From NCBI GenBank assembly GCA_949514915.1, contig CATFLP010000104.1:2480-66479 (forward strand): a DNA stretch of 64,000 nt, in the 5' to 3' direction. Positions 51,880 through 61,351 of this stretch are shown here, piece after piece. The translations under genes and the position numbers were made by a program. The DNA comes from Methanobacteriota archaeon. GTDB taxonomy: Archaea > Thermoplasmatota > Poseidoniia > Poseidoniales > Poseidoniaceae. Position 1 is the first letter of the stretch, and each line of letters begins with the position of its first letter. Under the pieces are notes generated by a model. It saw only the letters and a list, made by a program, of their open reading frames with translations. It was not told the DNA's origin and searched no databases.

Positions 51880-52329
51880 ATGGATGACCGCCTTCGCATA
51901 ATAATCGCTAAGCCTGGATTGGATGGGCATGATAGAGGTGCAAAGGTTGTAGCGAGAGCATTAAGGGACGCAGGCCATGAAGTAATTTATACAGGACTTA
52001 GAAGGACTCCTGAAGAGATTGTAAGGACTGTAATTGATGAAGATGCAGATTTTCTTGGTTTATCTTCATTATCAGGGGCCCATAATTATTTGATTCCGAA
52101 AATTATTGAATTATTAATTGAGTCAGATTGTGGCGATGTTATCGTTTTTGCTGGAGGTATTATCCCAGAAAAAGACAGGTCTGATTTATTTTCTAAGGGT
52201 GTTAGGGCTATTTTTGGCCCAGGAACTTCAAGTGTTCAAATGTCTGAGTTTGTTGAAACAGCATCAAAAAGAAAAGTAGAATCCTTACCAGTTGGTTGTG
52301 GTGAAGAAACAGATTGGCAATGGAATTAG
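51880..52329 (+). CDS. Methylmalonyl-CoA mutase small subunit (B12-binding domain)
   Basis: DxHxxG cobalamin-binding motif (GLDGHDRGAK), about 150 aa. Confidence 0.85.
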   Translation: MDDRLRIIIAKPGLDGHDRGAKVVARALRDAGHEVIYTGLRRTPEEIVRTVIDEDADFLGLSSLSGAHNYLIPKIIELLIESDCGDVIVFAGGIIPEKDRSDLFSKGVRAIFGPGTSSVQMSEFVETASKRKVESLPVGCGEETDWQWN

Positions 52330-52341
52330 TGATGTGTTAAT

Positions 52342-53214
52342 ATGGATATTAACAAATTAAAGCAAGGAGATAGAAGGGCATTATCAAAAACAATAAGTTT
52401 AATTGAAAATGGCGAATTTAACAGCGCAGATTTAAGAAAAATATTCCCAGAAATAATTTCAGGAGATGTTTGGGCTATTACAGGTTCACCAGGAGTTGGG
52501 AAAAGTTGTATCTGTGAATACTTAATTGAAAATTGGTTAAATTCAAATTTCAAAGTTGCAGTTTTAGCTGTAGATCCTTCATCTCCTTTGAGTGGGGGTG
52601 CATTATTGGGTGATAGAATTAGAATAAATAATTCAGATAATTCAGATAATTTATATTTTCGTTCATTAGCAACAAGAGGCCAATCAGGAGCGATTCCAAG
52701 TAATATTCTTGATATCGTAAATTTACTTTCTGCTTTGAAATATGAAAAAATCCTTATTGAAACAGTTGGAGCGGGCCAAGCAGAAGTTAGGGTTGCAGCA
52801 GTTTCACAATATTTGTTACTAGTAGAGGCACCAGATTCTGGAGATATGCTTCAGGCTGAAAAGGCAGGATTAATGGAATTAGCAGATATTATTTTAGTTA
52901 ATAAATCTGATTTGGAAAGAGCAAATGAAAAACAAGAGCAATTAGAATTAGCATTAAAATTATCAGATCACGAAACCCCCCCTATTTTGATGGTTTCTGC
53001 CAAAGAAAAAAATGGTTTTGAAGAATTATTTTTAGAAATGAATAAAGTTTCTAATAATAAGAAACCTAGTATGATTAAAAGTAAAATCTCATTATCTTAT
53101 GCATGGGAATCTTTGCTTTGGAAACATACAGATATTGATTTAATTATTGGAAAATTAGAAACAAATGAGATTACACTTGATGATGCTATAAATCTCTTAA
53201 AGGAGGGATTGTAA
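52342..53214 (+). CDS. meaB: MeaB/ArgK-like G-protein chaperone of methylmalonyl-CoA mutase
   Basis: N-terminal GDRRALSKTISLIENG and P-loop GSPGVGKS. Confidence 0.8.
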   Translation: MDINKLKQGDRRALSKTISLIENGEFNSADLRKIFPEIISGDVWAITGSPGVGKSCICEYLIENWLNSNFKVAVLAVDPSSPLSGGALLGDRIRINNSDNSDNLYFRSLATRGQSGAIPSNILDIVNLLSALKYEKILIETVGAGQAEVRVAAVSQYLLLVEAPDSGDMLQAEKAGLMELADIILVNKSDLERANEKQEQLELALKLSDHETPPILMVSAKEKNGFEELFLEMNKVSNNKKPSMIKSKISLSYAWESLLWKHTDIDLIIGKLETNEITLDDAINLLKEGL

Positions 53215-53215
53215 C

Positions 53216-53851
53216 TTGTTTGATTTAGAAGGTAGAGCGCATTTAGAAAACACACTTGGAGGTAGAAATGGTCATTTTTTTAGGAGAATTGTACATCTTT
53301 CAATGATGATATTTCCAATCTTGTATTATTGGCACGGTGAACAGATTAGTGAAACACTCTCAAAAGTAATTAATTTAGAATTTTCTAGGGAGGATTTAGT
53401 AACATTTATTCTAGCATTAATTATTATTATAGAATTAATAAGGTTATTTTTTGGGATAACAATCTTTGGTCAAAGAACATATGAGGCAAAACAATTTTCT
53501 GCGCTAGCATGGGGAGGTATTTCCATTTGTTTATGTTTCTTATTTGCACCCCTTGGAGGCTATAATGGATCATATATTGGTTTACCAATAATTTTTACAA
53601 TTTCAATTGTGGATCCATTGTTAGGAGAAACACGTAAATTTATGAAATCTACAAAATTAATTATTTTTCTAGCATTAGTAGTTTCAATGACTATTTGGAT
53701 ACTTTCTTCGGTTTTTCTTGAAACACCACTTTGGCTTACTTTGATTATGCCTCCTTTAGCTATTGCTGCTGAATGGCCTTCTTTGAAATATATTGACGAT
53801 AATGCAACAATGATATTAGTTCCTCTAGCTGCTTCATTAGTGTTAATGTGA
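53216..53851 (+). CDS. Integral membrane protein, unknown function
   Basis: About 6 TM segments; no diagnostic motif. Confidence 0.4.
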   Translation: MFDLEGRAHLENTLGGRNGHFFRRIVHLSMMIFPILYYWHGEQISETLSKVINLEFSREDLVTFILALIIIIELIRLFFGITIFGQRTYEAKQFSALAWGGISICLCFLFAPLGGYNGSYIGLPIIFTISIVDPLLGETRKFMKSTKLIIFLALVVSMTIWILSSVFLETPLWLTLIMPPLAIAAEWPSLKYIDDNATMILVPLAASLVLM

Positions 53852-53909
53852 TTAATTATTTTAAGAATGTTGAGTTATATTTACATAACGTCTTCTCTAC
53901 GTTTACAAT

Positions 53910-54035
53910 ATGTCCGACAATAATGCCGATGAAAATCCTAGTGAGCCAACACAGGGATTGTATTTATTCTCGTTTATTTTTGCTTTCGCGGTAATGTGCT
54001 ATATCATGGTAACAAAAGGAAATTTCCTTGCTTAG
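53910..54035 (+). CDS. Unannotated small membrane protein (41 aa)
   Basis: ATG-to-TAG ORF translated by hand: MSDNNADENPSEPTQGLYLFSFIFAFAVMCYIMVTKGNFLA. It has an acidic N-terminus and a single C-terminal TM, in the style of Sec61-beta or similar tail-anchored proteins. Confidence 0.3.
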   Translation: MSDNNADENPSEPTQGLYLFSFIFAFAVMCYIMVTKGNFLA

Positions 54036-54057
54036 ATTCATTTTTGTGGAGATTTTT

Positions 54058-55893
54058 ATGTGTAGCATAGGTGTAATGCTCGGCTCACCTGAAGTAGATG
54101 TATTGAATAAAATGAATAAAATTCAATCTCATAGAGGACCGGATGGATCAAATGTATGGTATGATGATAAATGTGGTTTTGCACATAATAGATTAGCTAT
54201 TGTCGACATTCAAGGTTCAAATCAGCCAATTGTCTCTGATGAAGGAGTTGTATTAATCCACAATGGTGAAATTTACAATCATGATAAAATCAAACAAAAT
54301 CTATTATATTCCTGTAAAACTAAAGGAGATAGTGAATCAATAATTGCACTTCATAATAAATACTCCAAAAAAACTTCTTTTGAAATTATTAAAGAAACAT
54401 CACTTAAATCAGGAATATTAGTTTCTAATGGATTTGATGCAAAGGATAACCCCGCAACAAGACATATTGAATGGGTTAAGAAGTTAGATGGAATTTGGGG
54501 GTTTGCACTATGGGATTCAAAATGTAATGAATTAATAATTTGTAGAGACCCTATGGGAGTTAAACCATTAATGAGGACAATCGTTGGGAATTCATTATTA
54601 GTTGCTAGTGAATTAAAAGCCTTTTCAGCACATCCAGAATTCATTTCAAAATTTGATTTCAACGCATTAAATCTTAGGCTTGCTTACGAATATCCATTAG
54701 ATAGAACAACATTGATTGAGAATGTTTACCAAGTAGGTGCAGGTGTTATAGAAACATGGAGTCTTGATAATCTTAATCGTCCTGTTTTGACAGGTATTTG
54801 TAAATATTCTAATGTAAAGAATAAACAAAATAAAAGTTGGAATCAAGAAAACAATATTCAAAAATTACTTGATAGTTTCAAATCTAGTTTAGTTGATCGT
54901 TTGATGTCTGACGTCCCAGTAGGAATTGTTCTTTCAGGGGGATTGGATTCAAGTTTAGTGGCTGCATTAGCACATGAAGCAGCAGGAAAAGCAGGAAAAA
55001 CAGTTCCTGAATGTTGGACAGTTGCAGATTCTGAAGATAATCCTGATTGGATTGCAGCAGAGTTAGTTGCAAATCAATTTGATCTTAAGCATCATCAACA
55101 TATTCTTGAGGATAATTCATTTGAACGGATATTGCCAAAATTAGTTTGGCATGGAGAAGATTTAGATGTTACAGTACTCTTTTTCCAACCCTTATTTGAA
55201 AAAATGTCTAAACACGTGAAAGTTGGGTTATGTGGTCAAGGTGCAGATGAATTACATGCTGGCTATCCAAGATATCGTAATTTAGTTCAGCATAGAGAAA
55301 CCTTAAATCAAAGATTAAAAAATATTAGGTTCCAATTAAATAAGGAAAAAATAGGCTTACATTCATCTTGGGATGATGATAATTTAAATCCAGATGAAAT
55401 ATTTAAATCTCTTAATTCTACTTTAGATTTTGAAATGCAAAGAGGGCAATTGACAAATTTCCAATTAAGACTTGTAGATCGTCATTCAATGGCTCATGGT
55501 TTGGAAGTCAGAGTCCCATTCTTAGGTAAAACACATTGGAATGAATCAAGGCAGATACCTTTTGATTGGAGACTTTCATCTAATGCAAAACATGGAGATG
55601 AAAAATTAGCTCTAAGGCATGCAGCAAAATTAACAGGATTACCAACTTCAATTACAGAAAGAGCTAAATTACCAGCAGGCAAGGCAACATCTCCTTCTTT
55701 ATTTGATAAATTTATTTCTGAATATGAATCTTATTTGGATCCATTAAAAGAGAGATATTTTGAGCAGAGTAAGTTATTAACTAAGCAGCCAGAGTTATTG
55801 TTGGGCTTAGGTTTATTTGAATCATTAATTATTGGGCAAAATGAATTTAGTGCAAATAAAACAGTTGATGAGATATTAAGTAATTTAATTTGA
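54058..55893 (+). CDS. asnB: Asparagine synthetase (glutamine-hydrolysing)
   Basis: Ntn-amidotransferase N-terminus MCSIGVM (Cys2) and PP-loop SGGLDSS. The true start is the ATG at 54058, not the tool start at 54028. Confidence 0.85.
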   Translation: MCSIGVMLGSPEVDVLNKMNKIQSHRGPDGSNVWYDDKCGFAHNRLAIVDIQGSNQPIVSDEGVVLIHNGEIYNHDKIKQNLLYSCKTKGDSESIIALHNKYSKKTSFEIIKETSLKSGILVSNGFDAKDNPATRHIEWVKKLDGIWGFALWDSKCNELIICRDPMGVKPLMRTIVGNSLLVASELKAFSAHPEFISKFDFNALNLRLAYEYPLDRTTLIENVYQVGAGVIETWSLDNLNRPVLTGICKYSNVKNKQNKSWNQENNIQKLLDSFKSSLVDRLMSDVPVGIVLSGGLDSSLVAALAHEAAGKAGKTVPECWTVADSEDNPDWIAAELVANQFDLKHHQHILEDNSFERILPKLVWHGEDLDVTVLFFQPLFEKMSKHVKVGLCGQGADELHAGYPRYRNLVQHRETLNQRLKNIRFQLNKEKIGLHSSWDDDNLNPDEIFKSLNSTLDFEMQRGQLTNFQLRLVDRHSMAHGLEVRVPFLGKTHWNESRQIPFDWRLSSNAKHGDEKLALRHAAKLTGLPTSITERAKLPAGKATSPSLFDKFISEYESYLDPLKERYFEQSKLLTKQPELLLGLGLFESLIIGQNEFSANKTVDEILSNLI

Positions 55894-55902
55894 GGGTTTG
55901 TA

Positions 55903-57090
55903 ATGTTAGATAATATATTTCAAAATTTAGAAAATCTTAATGAGTTTGAAAATTGGTTTTTGAAAAAAACTGAAAATATTGAGATGCCCATATATGCTAG
56001 TGTAGATGTGCGATATTCTGGTTGGAAGGTATCAGTTGTTGATGCTAATTCATTTCCAGCAGGATTTAACAATATTTCAAAAGATTTGATTCCTAATTTG
56101 TCAAAATCGCTTAATGAATATTTTAGATGTATAAATTTAGATATTAAACATATTCATATATTGCCAGAATCTCATACTAGAAACACTGCTTATGTAGAAA
56201 ATATTTCAAGAATCAAAGAGATTGTTGAAAAAGCAGGTTATAATGTGACAGTAGGCTCTACTGAATTAAATCGATATAAATTATTAGAAGGATTAACAGA
56301 AGATGTAGAATTAAGTGCAGTTGAAGTTAATGATGAGGATAATATTGAAATTAACGGATCAATTCCTGATTTGGTGTTGTTAAATAATGATTTAACAGGT
56401 GGAAAAATGCCAGGTCTTTCTGGCACTGTTCTTCCAAGAAAAGAGATGGGTTGGTACAATAGAAGAAAATCTGATCATTATAGGATTTTAGAAACCTTAG
56501 TTAATGAAGTTTCTGAAATATTAAAAATTGACCCTTGGTTATTAATGCCTATGTGGTTTGTAAGTGAAGATAAATGCTTAGAATTAGATGCTTGTATAAA
56601 CAAATTATCTAATGATATAGACAATATGATTGGAAAAATTAAATTGAAATATAAAAAATATGGAATAGATTCTGAGCCTGTTGTATTTATTAAAAATGAT
56701 AGAGGTACATATGGTTTAGGAATTATTTCAATAAAATCTGGAAAAGAGATTAGGAATTTATCTAATCGTATGATAAAAAGGCTAACTTATGGAAAAGGAG
56801 GTGCTTCAGCTGAAAATTTCCTTATTCAAGAAGGAATCCCGACAAATCTCAATAGTGATTCTTCAGTAATTGAGCCAGTTGGTTATACTATTGGCGGAAT
56901 GGAATCAAATTGGTTTTTCAGAGCAAATCCCAAAAAGAATAAATTTGAAAATTTAAATAGCCCATCATCTATTTTTTTACAAGAAAGTCAACTAAGTGAT
57001 GGAATTATTAATTCAGAAAGAAAATATTGGTTAAATTTAGTTTCAAAATTATCATATCTTGCAATGGGGTTAGAAAGTATTCAAAAGTAA
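55903..57090 (+). CDS. Hypothetical protein (395 aa) downstream of asnB
   Basis: No family recognised by eye. Its position 10 nt after asnB suggests co-transcription. Confidence 0.35.
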   Translation: MLDNIFQNLENLNEFENWFLKKTENIEMPIYASVDVRYSGWKVSVVDANSFPAGFNNISKDLIPNLSKSLNEYFRCINLDIKHIHILPESHTRNTAYVENISRIKEIVEKAGYNVTVGSTELNRYKLLEGLTEDVELSAVEVNDEDNIEINGSIPDLVLLNNDLTGGKMPGLSGTVLPRKEMGWYNRRKSDHYRILETLVNEVSEILKIDPWLLMPMWFVSEDKCLELDACINKLSNDIDNMIGKIKLKYKKYGIDSEPVVFIKNDRGTYGLGIISIKSGKEIRNLSNRMIKRLTYGKGGASAENFLIQEGIPTNLNSDSSVIEPVGYTIGGMESNWFFRANPKKNKFENLNSPSSIFLQESQLSDGIINSERKYWLNLVSKLSYLAMGLESIQK

Positions 57091-57147
57091 TATTTTTTTT
57101 AATTCAAAGGGAAATAGTATTCAAGTCTCCTACTTTAACAAATAATA

Positions 57148-57942
57148 ATGAAGCAAACAATTTCGATATTAATGATTTTTCTATTTGCTACTTTAATTGC
57201 ACCAACTGTTAGTTCTTCAGTTCCTCTTGAGATTACAGAATTTAATGATATGGTTTTGGAATATAATGAACTTATTTCAACTAATAATTCTCCAGTATAT
57301 ACGGTTAATCATTTTTCAAATTTTGATGCAATTAATGATAATGCAGACGGCGTTCATCCAAACAGAAATGGAGATCTGAAAATGGCAGCTGCATGGACAA
57401 ATTCTTTACTCTCAACAAATTTAAATTTAAGTAAAAATTATTCAATTATGCCTTTAGGTGATTCGATAACACATTTAAATTATCGATATGATTTATGGTT
57501 AAATCTAAAAGAAGCGAATATTATATTTGATTTTGTTGGAAATGAAAATCATTTGCCATGGGGTGCAGATGAATCTAATCTTGAATTTGATTCTGATCAT
57601 GAAGGGCATGGTGGTTGGAGATCTGATCAGATATCATATAATATTGAATCTTGGGTTAAGTTAAATACTCCAGATATAGTATTATTTCATATTGGTACAA
57701 ATGATCTTGCTCAAGGATATTCGCCCTCTCATGTAATTGAACACATAGGAAAAACAATTGAAATACTTAGATTATATAACCCTGATATAATTATTTTTGT
57801 TGCACAAATAATACCCTATGATCTTGAAGTAAATGTAAGTCCGGCAGATTCTTTATTTGGGGGATTGGAAATAACGTTTTTAGTTCTAGGGTTACTAATG
57901 ATTGGGGAAGTGATTAGGAAGAATTATTTTAAGGCTAATTAA
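57148..57942 (+). CDS. Secreted/membrane-anchored SGNH (GDSL) hydrolase, possibly circularly permuted
   Basis: Signal peptide; block I PLGDSITH; block III HIGTNDL. A block-V-like DGVHPN lies N-terminal to block I rather than at the C-terminus. C-terminal hydrophobic anchor. Confidence 0.6.
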   Translation: MKQTISILMIFLFATLIAPTVSSSVPLEITEFNDMVLEYNELISTNNSPVYTVNHFSNFDAINDNADGVHPNRNGDLKMAAAWTNSLLSTNLNLSKNYSIMPLGDSITHLNYRYDLWLNLKEANIIFDFVGNENHLPWGADESNLEFDSDHEGHGGWRSDQISYNIESWVKLNTPDIVLFHIGTNDLAQGYSPSHVIEHIGKTIEILRLYNPDIIIFVAQIIPYDLEVNVSPADSLFGGLEITFLVLGLLMIGEVIRKNYFKAN

Positions 57943-58238
57943 TTATCTTCTTCAGGTTCTTTATTTTCATCAGATTCTTCCATTCCAACAATTTCATAGT
58001 TTGATGGAAATAATGCAATAACTATCCCAGAAACCAAACATATAGTAGCCCAAATCCAATTTGCTTTAGTAAATAATTCTAGTGAAATAGCAACTAGGAT
58101 TAAACCACCAAGATTAGAGGTCCAAACTAAACTTTTGAATGTAGAAAGACTAACCCCTTTAGTTTCCTTGTTTCTAACAGGGCCAAATTCTCCACCAAAT
58201 CTCTGAGCATCCGTTTTGGCCATATATTCACCTTTCAA
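57939..58238 (-). CDS. Small two-TM membrane protein (last gene of the respiratory cluster)
   Basis: 99 aa with two hydrophobic helices and an acidic C-terminus; its start overlaps the ferredoxin gene end by 11 nt. Confidence 0.4.
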   Translation of the reverse strand: MKGEYMAKTDAQRFGGEFGPVRNKETKGVSLSTFKSLVWTSNLGGLILVAISLELFTKANWIWATICLVSGIVIALFPSNYEIVGMEESDENKEPEEDN

Positions 58239-58560
58239 TCATTGAAATTGCATCTGTTGGGCAAACCAATACGCATAATCTGCATCCTGTACAATCATCT
58301 CGAATTATTCTTGCCTTCCTATTGGATGGTACTTCAATAAGAGGGCTTTTAATTGCTTTATGAAACATTTCAATTGCATCATCATCACATACAGTTGGGC
58401 ATTGATCACATCCAATACATGCATCTTCGTGAACATATGCTACCATATTTTCTCCAGATTTTATTTCTTGTAATTTTTTACCTTTTGCCTTATCCATAAT
58501 CATACTAACTCGAGACCTTTCTTGCTCCATTCTTATTTGCAACTCCTCTCGAGTAGTCAT
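58228..58560 (-). CDS. 2x[4Fe-4S] ferredoxin
   Basis: Two CxxCxxCxxxCP motifs: CIGCDQCPTVC and CTGCRLCVLVCP. Confidence 0.8.
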   Translation of the reverse strand: MTTREELQIRMEQERSRVSMIMDKAKGKKLQEIKSGENMVAYVHEDACIGCDQCPTVCDDDAIEMFHKAIKSPLIEVPSNRKARIIRDDCTGCRLCVLVCPTDAISMIER

Positions 58561-58590
58561 ATTATCTTCCTCTTACTCAAATATTTATTA

Positions 58591-61338
58591 TTAAGCCTCA
58601 ATCTTTGTTGCATTTTTTTCCAATAATATTTTTTCATTATTTTTCTTTTCATTAACTTGATTTGCTAAGAATGTAACCACATCTAGAATTTCAAAATTAT
58701 GTGTTGGGTCGCCTTCAAATTTAAGGCATTCAAAGTGGCTAACACATTTTGGACATGATGTTAGCATAACGTCTGCTCCTGTTGCTTTTACTTCTTCAAA
58801 GCGTTCTAAACGGATTGAACGACTATTTTCATTACAAGACATCATACTTGAAACACCACAGCAGAGACCATCTTCTCCATGGTGTTCCATTTCTACAAGT
58901 TCAACTCCTTCAACATCTTTGATTAAATTTCTTGGTTCTTCATATAAGCCCACTTGCCTTCCAAGTCTGCAAGGATCATGGTATGTTACAGTGGTTTCTT
59001 GTTCAGTTTTCAGATTCATATCAAATCCATTTTCTATTAAGAATTCTGTTGTATGCATTACTTTTATATTTTCTAATTCATAATCTTTAGCAAATGTTCT
59101 AAAACATTCTGCACAACTACTTACTAACGTATCAATACCACTTTCTTTCAATTTCTTTTCATTATATGATTTTAATTTTTCAAACACTTCGGTCATTCCT
59201 TGCCATTTTTGGTCATGGCCACAGCATTTTAGGAAGTCTCTACCAAGATAAGTGACTTCCTCACCCATCTCTTCGAATAGAGTAAATGCAGAAGCTGTAC
59301 TTGCACCTAAATTCATTGAACCTTCATTAACATGGCTAAATACCATTTCTTGATCTATGAAATCAACACAACCTGGATAATATCCAATGTTTGAATCAAT
59401 TGGGTATTCTTCAACAGGAATGAATGCTTCATCAGCACCTTCTTCAATTTCTGCATTTAGAACAGCCCTTAGGATTGTATGTGGTATTTCAGCCTCTGGT
59501 GCAGTACCTACGGTTAATGATCTTCTTATGTCTACATATGAGTCATAATCAACTAATTGTGGGCACACATTAGTACAAGCAGAACATGTAAGACATGTAT
59601 ACATTGGAACTCCATCATCTTCATTATTCCAAGTATTGTAAATGATGTTTAATTTGTCTCCTGCATTAAAGAGTCTTACAGGACATGCATCATCACAAAG
59701 GTCACAACCGTAGCACTTGTTCATTTCATATTCATATCCTCTAGCCATTCCCCTAAGTACAATAAATGCAAGAGCACCTAAAGTAAGACAAGGTATGAAT
59801 AATGAATAAATTAATTTTGCATCAAGACTTTTTGGATTTTTCTTAAATCCTGGATTGATTAACATCTCATATGATGATTCATCATCTTCTGATGAAAGAT
59901 TTACAGATTGACCATCCATTGAATGACCGTCAGAATAGATTAATAGAGGTTGGAATGCAGAAATAGATGCAGTATAATTAGTGTATACTTGAGTGCCTGC
60001 TTCAATACCCTCTGGGTCAACATGTAATTCCCATGTATATTCTCCAGGTGTTACGTACTCTTCAATATCTAATGAACAATCAGAACTTAATACTTCTTCT
60101 GAATTTTTGTAAAGAATAAATGTTGATGTAACTGTGCCAACGTTTCTTATGCTTGTTTTAGCACTACAGCTCATTTTTATTGGGACGCTATCAAGTCCCA
60201 TGTTGGTTATTGTAAGAGTTCCTTCTGTTTGGTTTTCAGAATTACTGAAACTTTCAAGAATTGAACCTTCTGTAGTAATTTTATTGATATTTAAATCAGA
60301 GTTGTGATGGTTATTTACATCGGCAAAATCAATGATGTATTCGTTTGTTGGTTGATATAATGCAGCGTTGTATTGAGAACTCATTTTAGCACTTATGATG
60401 GTTCCTTCTTCAGCCCAATCTGTAGTATATTCAATTACATAGTCAAGAGGTTGATCATACATTTTTTCCAGAGTTTCAATATCATCCATTGCTCCAAGTC
60501 CTCCTGCTTCCCAAAAACCTCTCTCATAGTAATCAAATGTTGAAACACTTACTAAGAGTGCAATTACAAAACCACCTACAATCAAGTTCTTACCTACATT
60601 AGGTGTTGTTCTTGCACCAATACTACTTACTAAAAATGCCCTTGCCGCAAAATAAATCAAAATCCATATCAAAATACCTGTAAGAACCCAAGGAATTGTA
60701 TTGAATATTTCTGCAACCCATGGTTCTCTAACTCCACAAATTAATTCTCCGTGATCAACGTGACATGAGTCAGTTCTATTTTTCCCATATAAATCTAGGA
60801 AGATATTAATCGAAAACACACTGATAAACCATACGTGTGCAAGATATACAACTCCTGCAGTAGCAAACCAAGGATCTTCAACACCTCTTTTTGCTGTACC
60901 TCCAAGGATTGGAGGTAATGCAAGGATACCAACTGGTAATCCTGTAAGCATAATTCCCCAAGCACCAGCATTTAGTGGATATACAGGTTGATTGAAAAAT
61001 GATCCAATCGGGCCCATGGGAATGTCAATTTGAGGTAAATATTCACCCCACCTTAGGTATCCATAACTGAATAATACATACCAATCTGGGAAAACAAAAC
61101 CAGCTTGTGCAATAGGATCAGCTGCAGAATGCAATGGAGGTGGAATTAAATAACCATAAAATGTTAATGTAGCCATGATTGATAAAAATATAATAGTGTC
61201 TCTTAACACTTCGTGAGGCCATAATAAATGCCCCATAAATGTCCTTTTTCTAATTTCAGAATCATCAGAATCTAGTAATTTTTCTTTTTCATTCATGTAG
61301 GTTTCTGCAACTCTACCTAAATTCCCTAATAATCCCAT
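58591..61338 (-). CDS. Fusion protein: cytochrome b C-terminal (PetD/subunit-IV-like) membrane domain, extracytoplasmic beta-rich domain, TM, then a 2x[4Fe-4S] plus two CCG-domain (HdrD/GlpC/SdhC-like) module
   Basis: N-terminal LWPHEV...PDWYVLFSYGYLR matches the PEWY Qo-site motif of the cytochrome b C-terminal half. It is followed by CYGCDLCDDACP / CLTCSACTNVCP and the CCG motifs CCGHDQ and CCGVSS. Confidence 0.75.
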   Translation of the reverse strand: MGLLGNLGRVAETYMNEKEKLLDSDDSEIRKRTFMGHLLWPHEVLRDTIIFLSIMATLTFYGYLIPPPLHSAADPIAQAGFVFPDWYVLFSYGYLRWGEYLPQIDIPMGPIGSFFNQPVYPLNAGAWGIMLTGLPVGILALPPILGGTAKRGVEDPWFATAGVVYLAHVWFISVFSINIFLDLYGKNRTDSCHVDHGELICGVREPWVAEIFNTIPWVLTGILIWILIYFAARAFLVSSIGARTTPNVGKNLIVGGFVIALLVSVSTFDYYERGFWEAGGLGAMDDIETLEKMYDQPLDYVIEYTTDWAEEGTIISAKMSSQYNAALYQPTNEYIIDFADVNNHHNSDLNINKITTEGSILESFSNSENQTEGTLTITNMGLDSVPIKMSCSAKTSIRNVGTVTSTFILYKNSEEVLSSDCSLDIEEYVTPGEYTWELHVDPEGIEAGTQVYTNYTASISAFQPLLIYSDGHSMDGQSVNLSSEDDESSYEMLINPGFKKNPKSLDAKLIYSLFIPCLTLGALAFIVLRGMARGYEYEMNKCYGCDLCDDACPVRLFNAGDKLNIIYNTWNNEDDGVPMYTCLTCSACTNVCPQLVDYDSYVDIRRSLTVGTAPEAEIPHTILRAVLNAEIEEGADEAFIPVEEYPIDSNIGYYPGCVDFIDQEMVFSHVNEGSMNLGASTASAFTLFEEMGEEVTYLGRDFLKCCGHDQKWQGMTEVFEKLKSYNEKKLKESGIDTLVSSCAECFRTFAKDYELENIKVMHTTEFLIENGFDMNLKTEQETTVTYHDPCRLGRQVGLYEEPRNLIKDVEGVELVEMEHHGEDGLCCGVSSMMSCNENSRSIRLERFEEVKATGADVMLTSCPKCVSHFECLKFEGDPTHNFEILDVVTFLANQVNEKKNNEKILLEKNATKIEA

Positions 61339-61351
61339 AATATCTCCTCAC

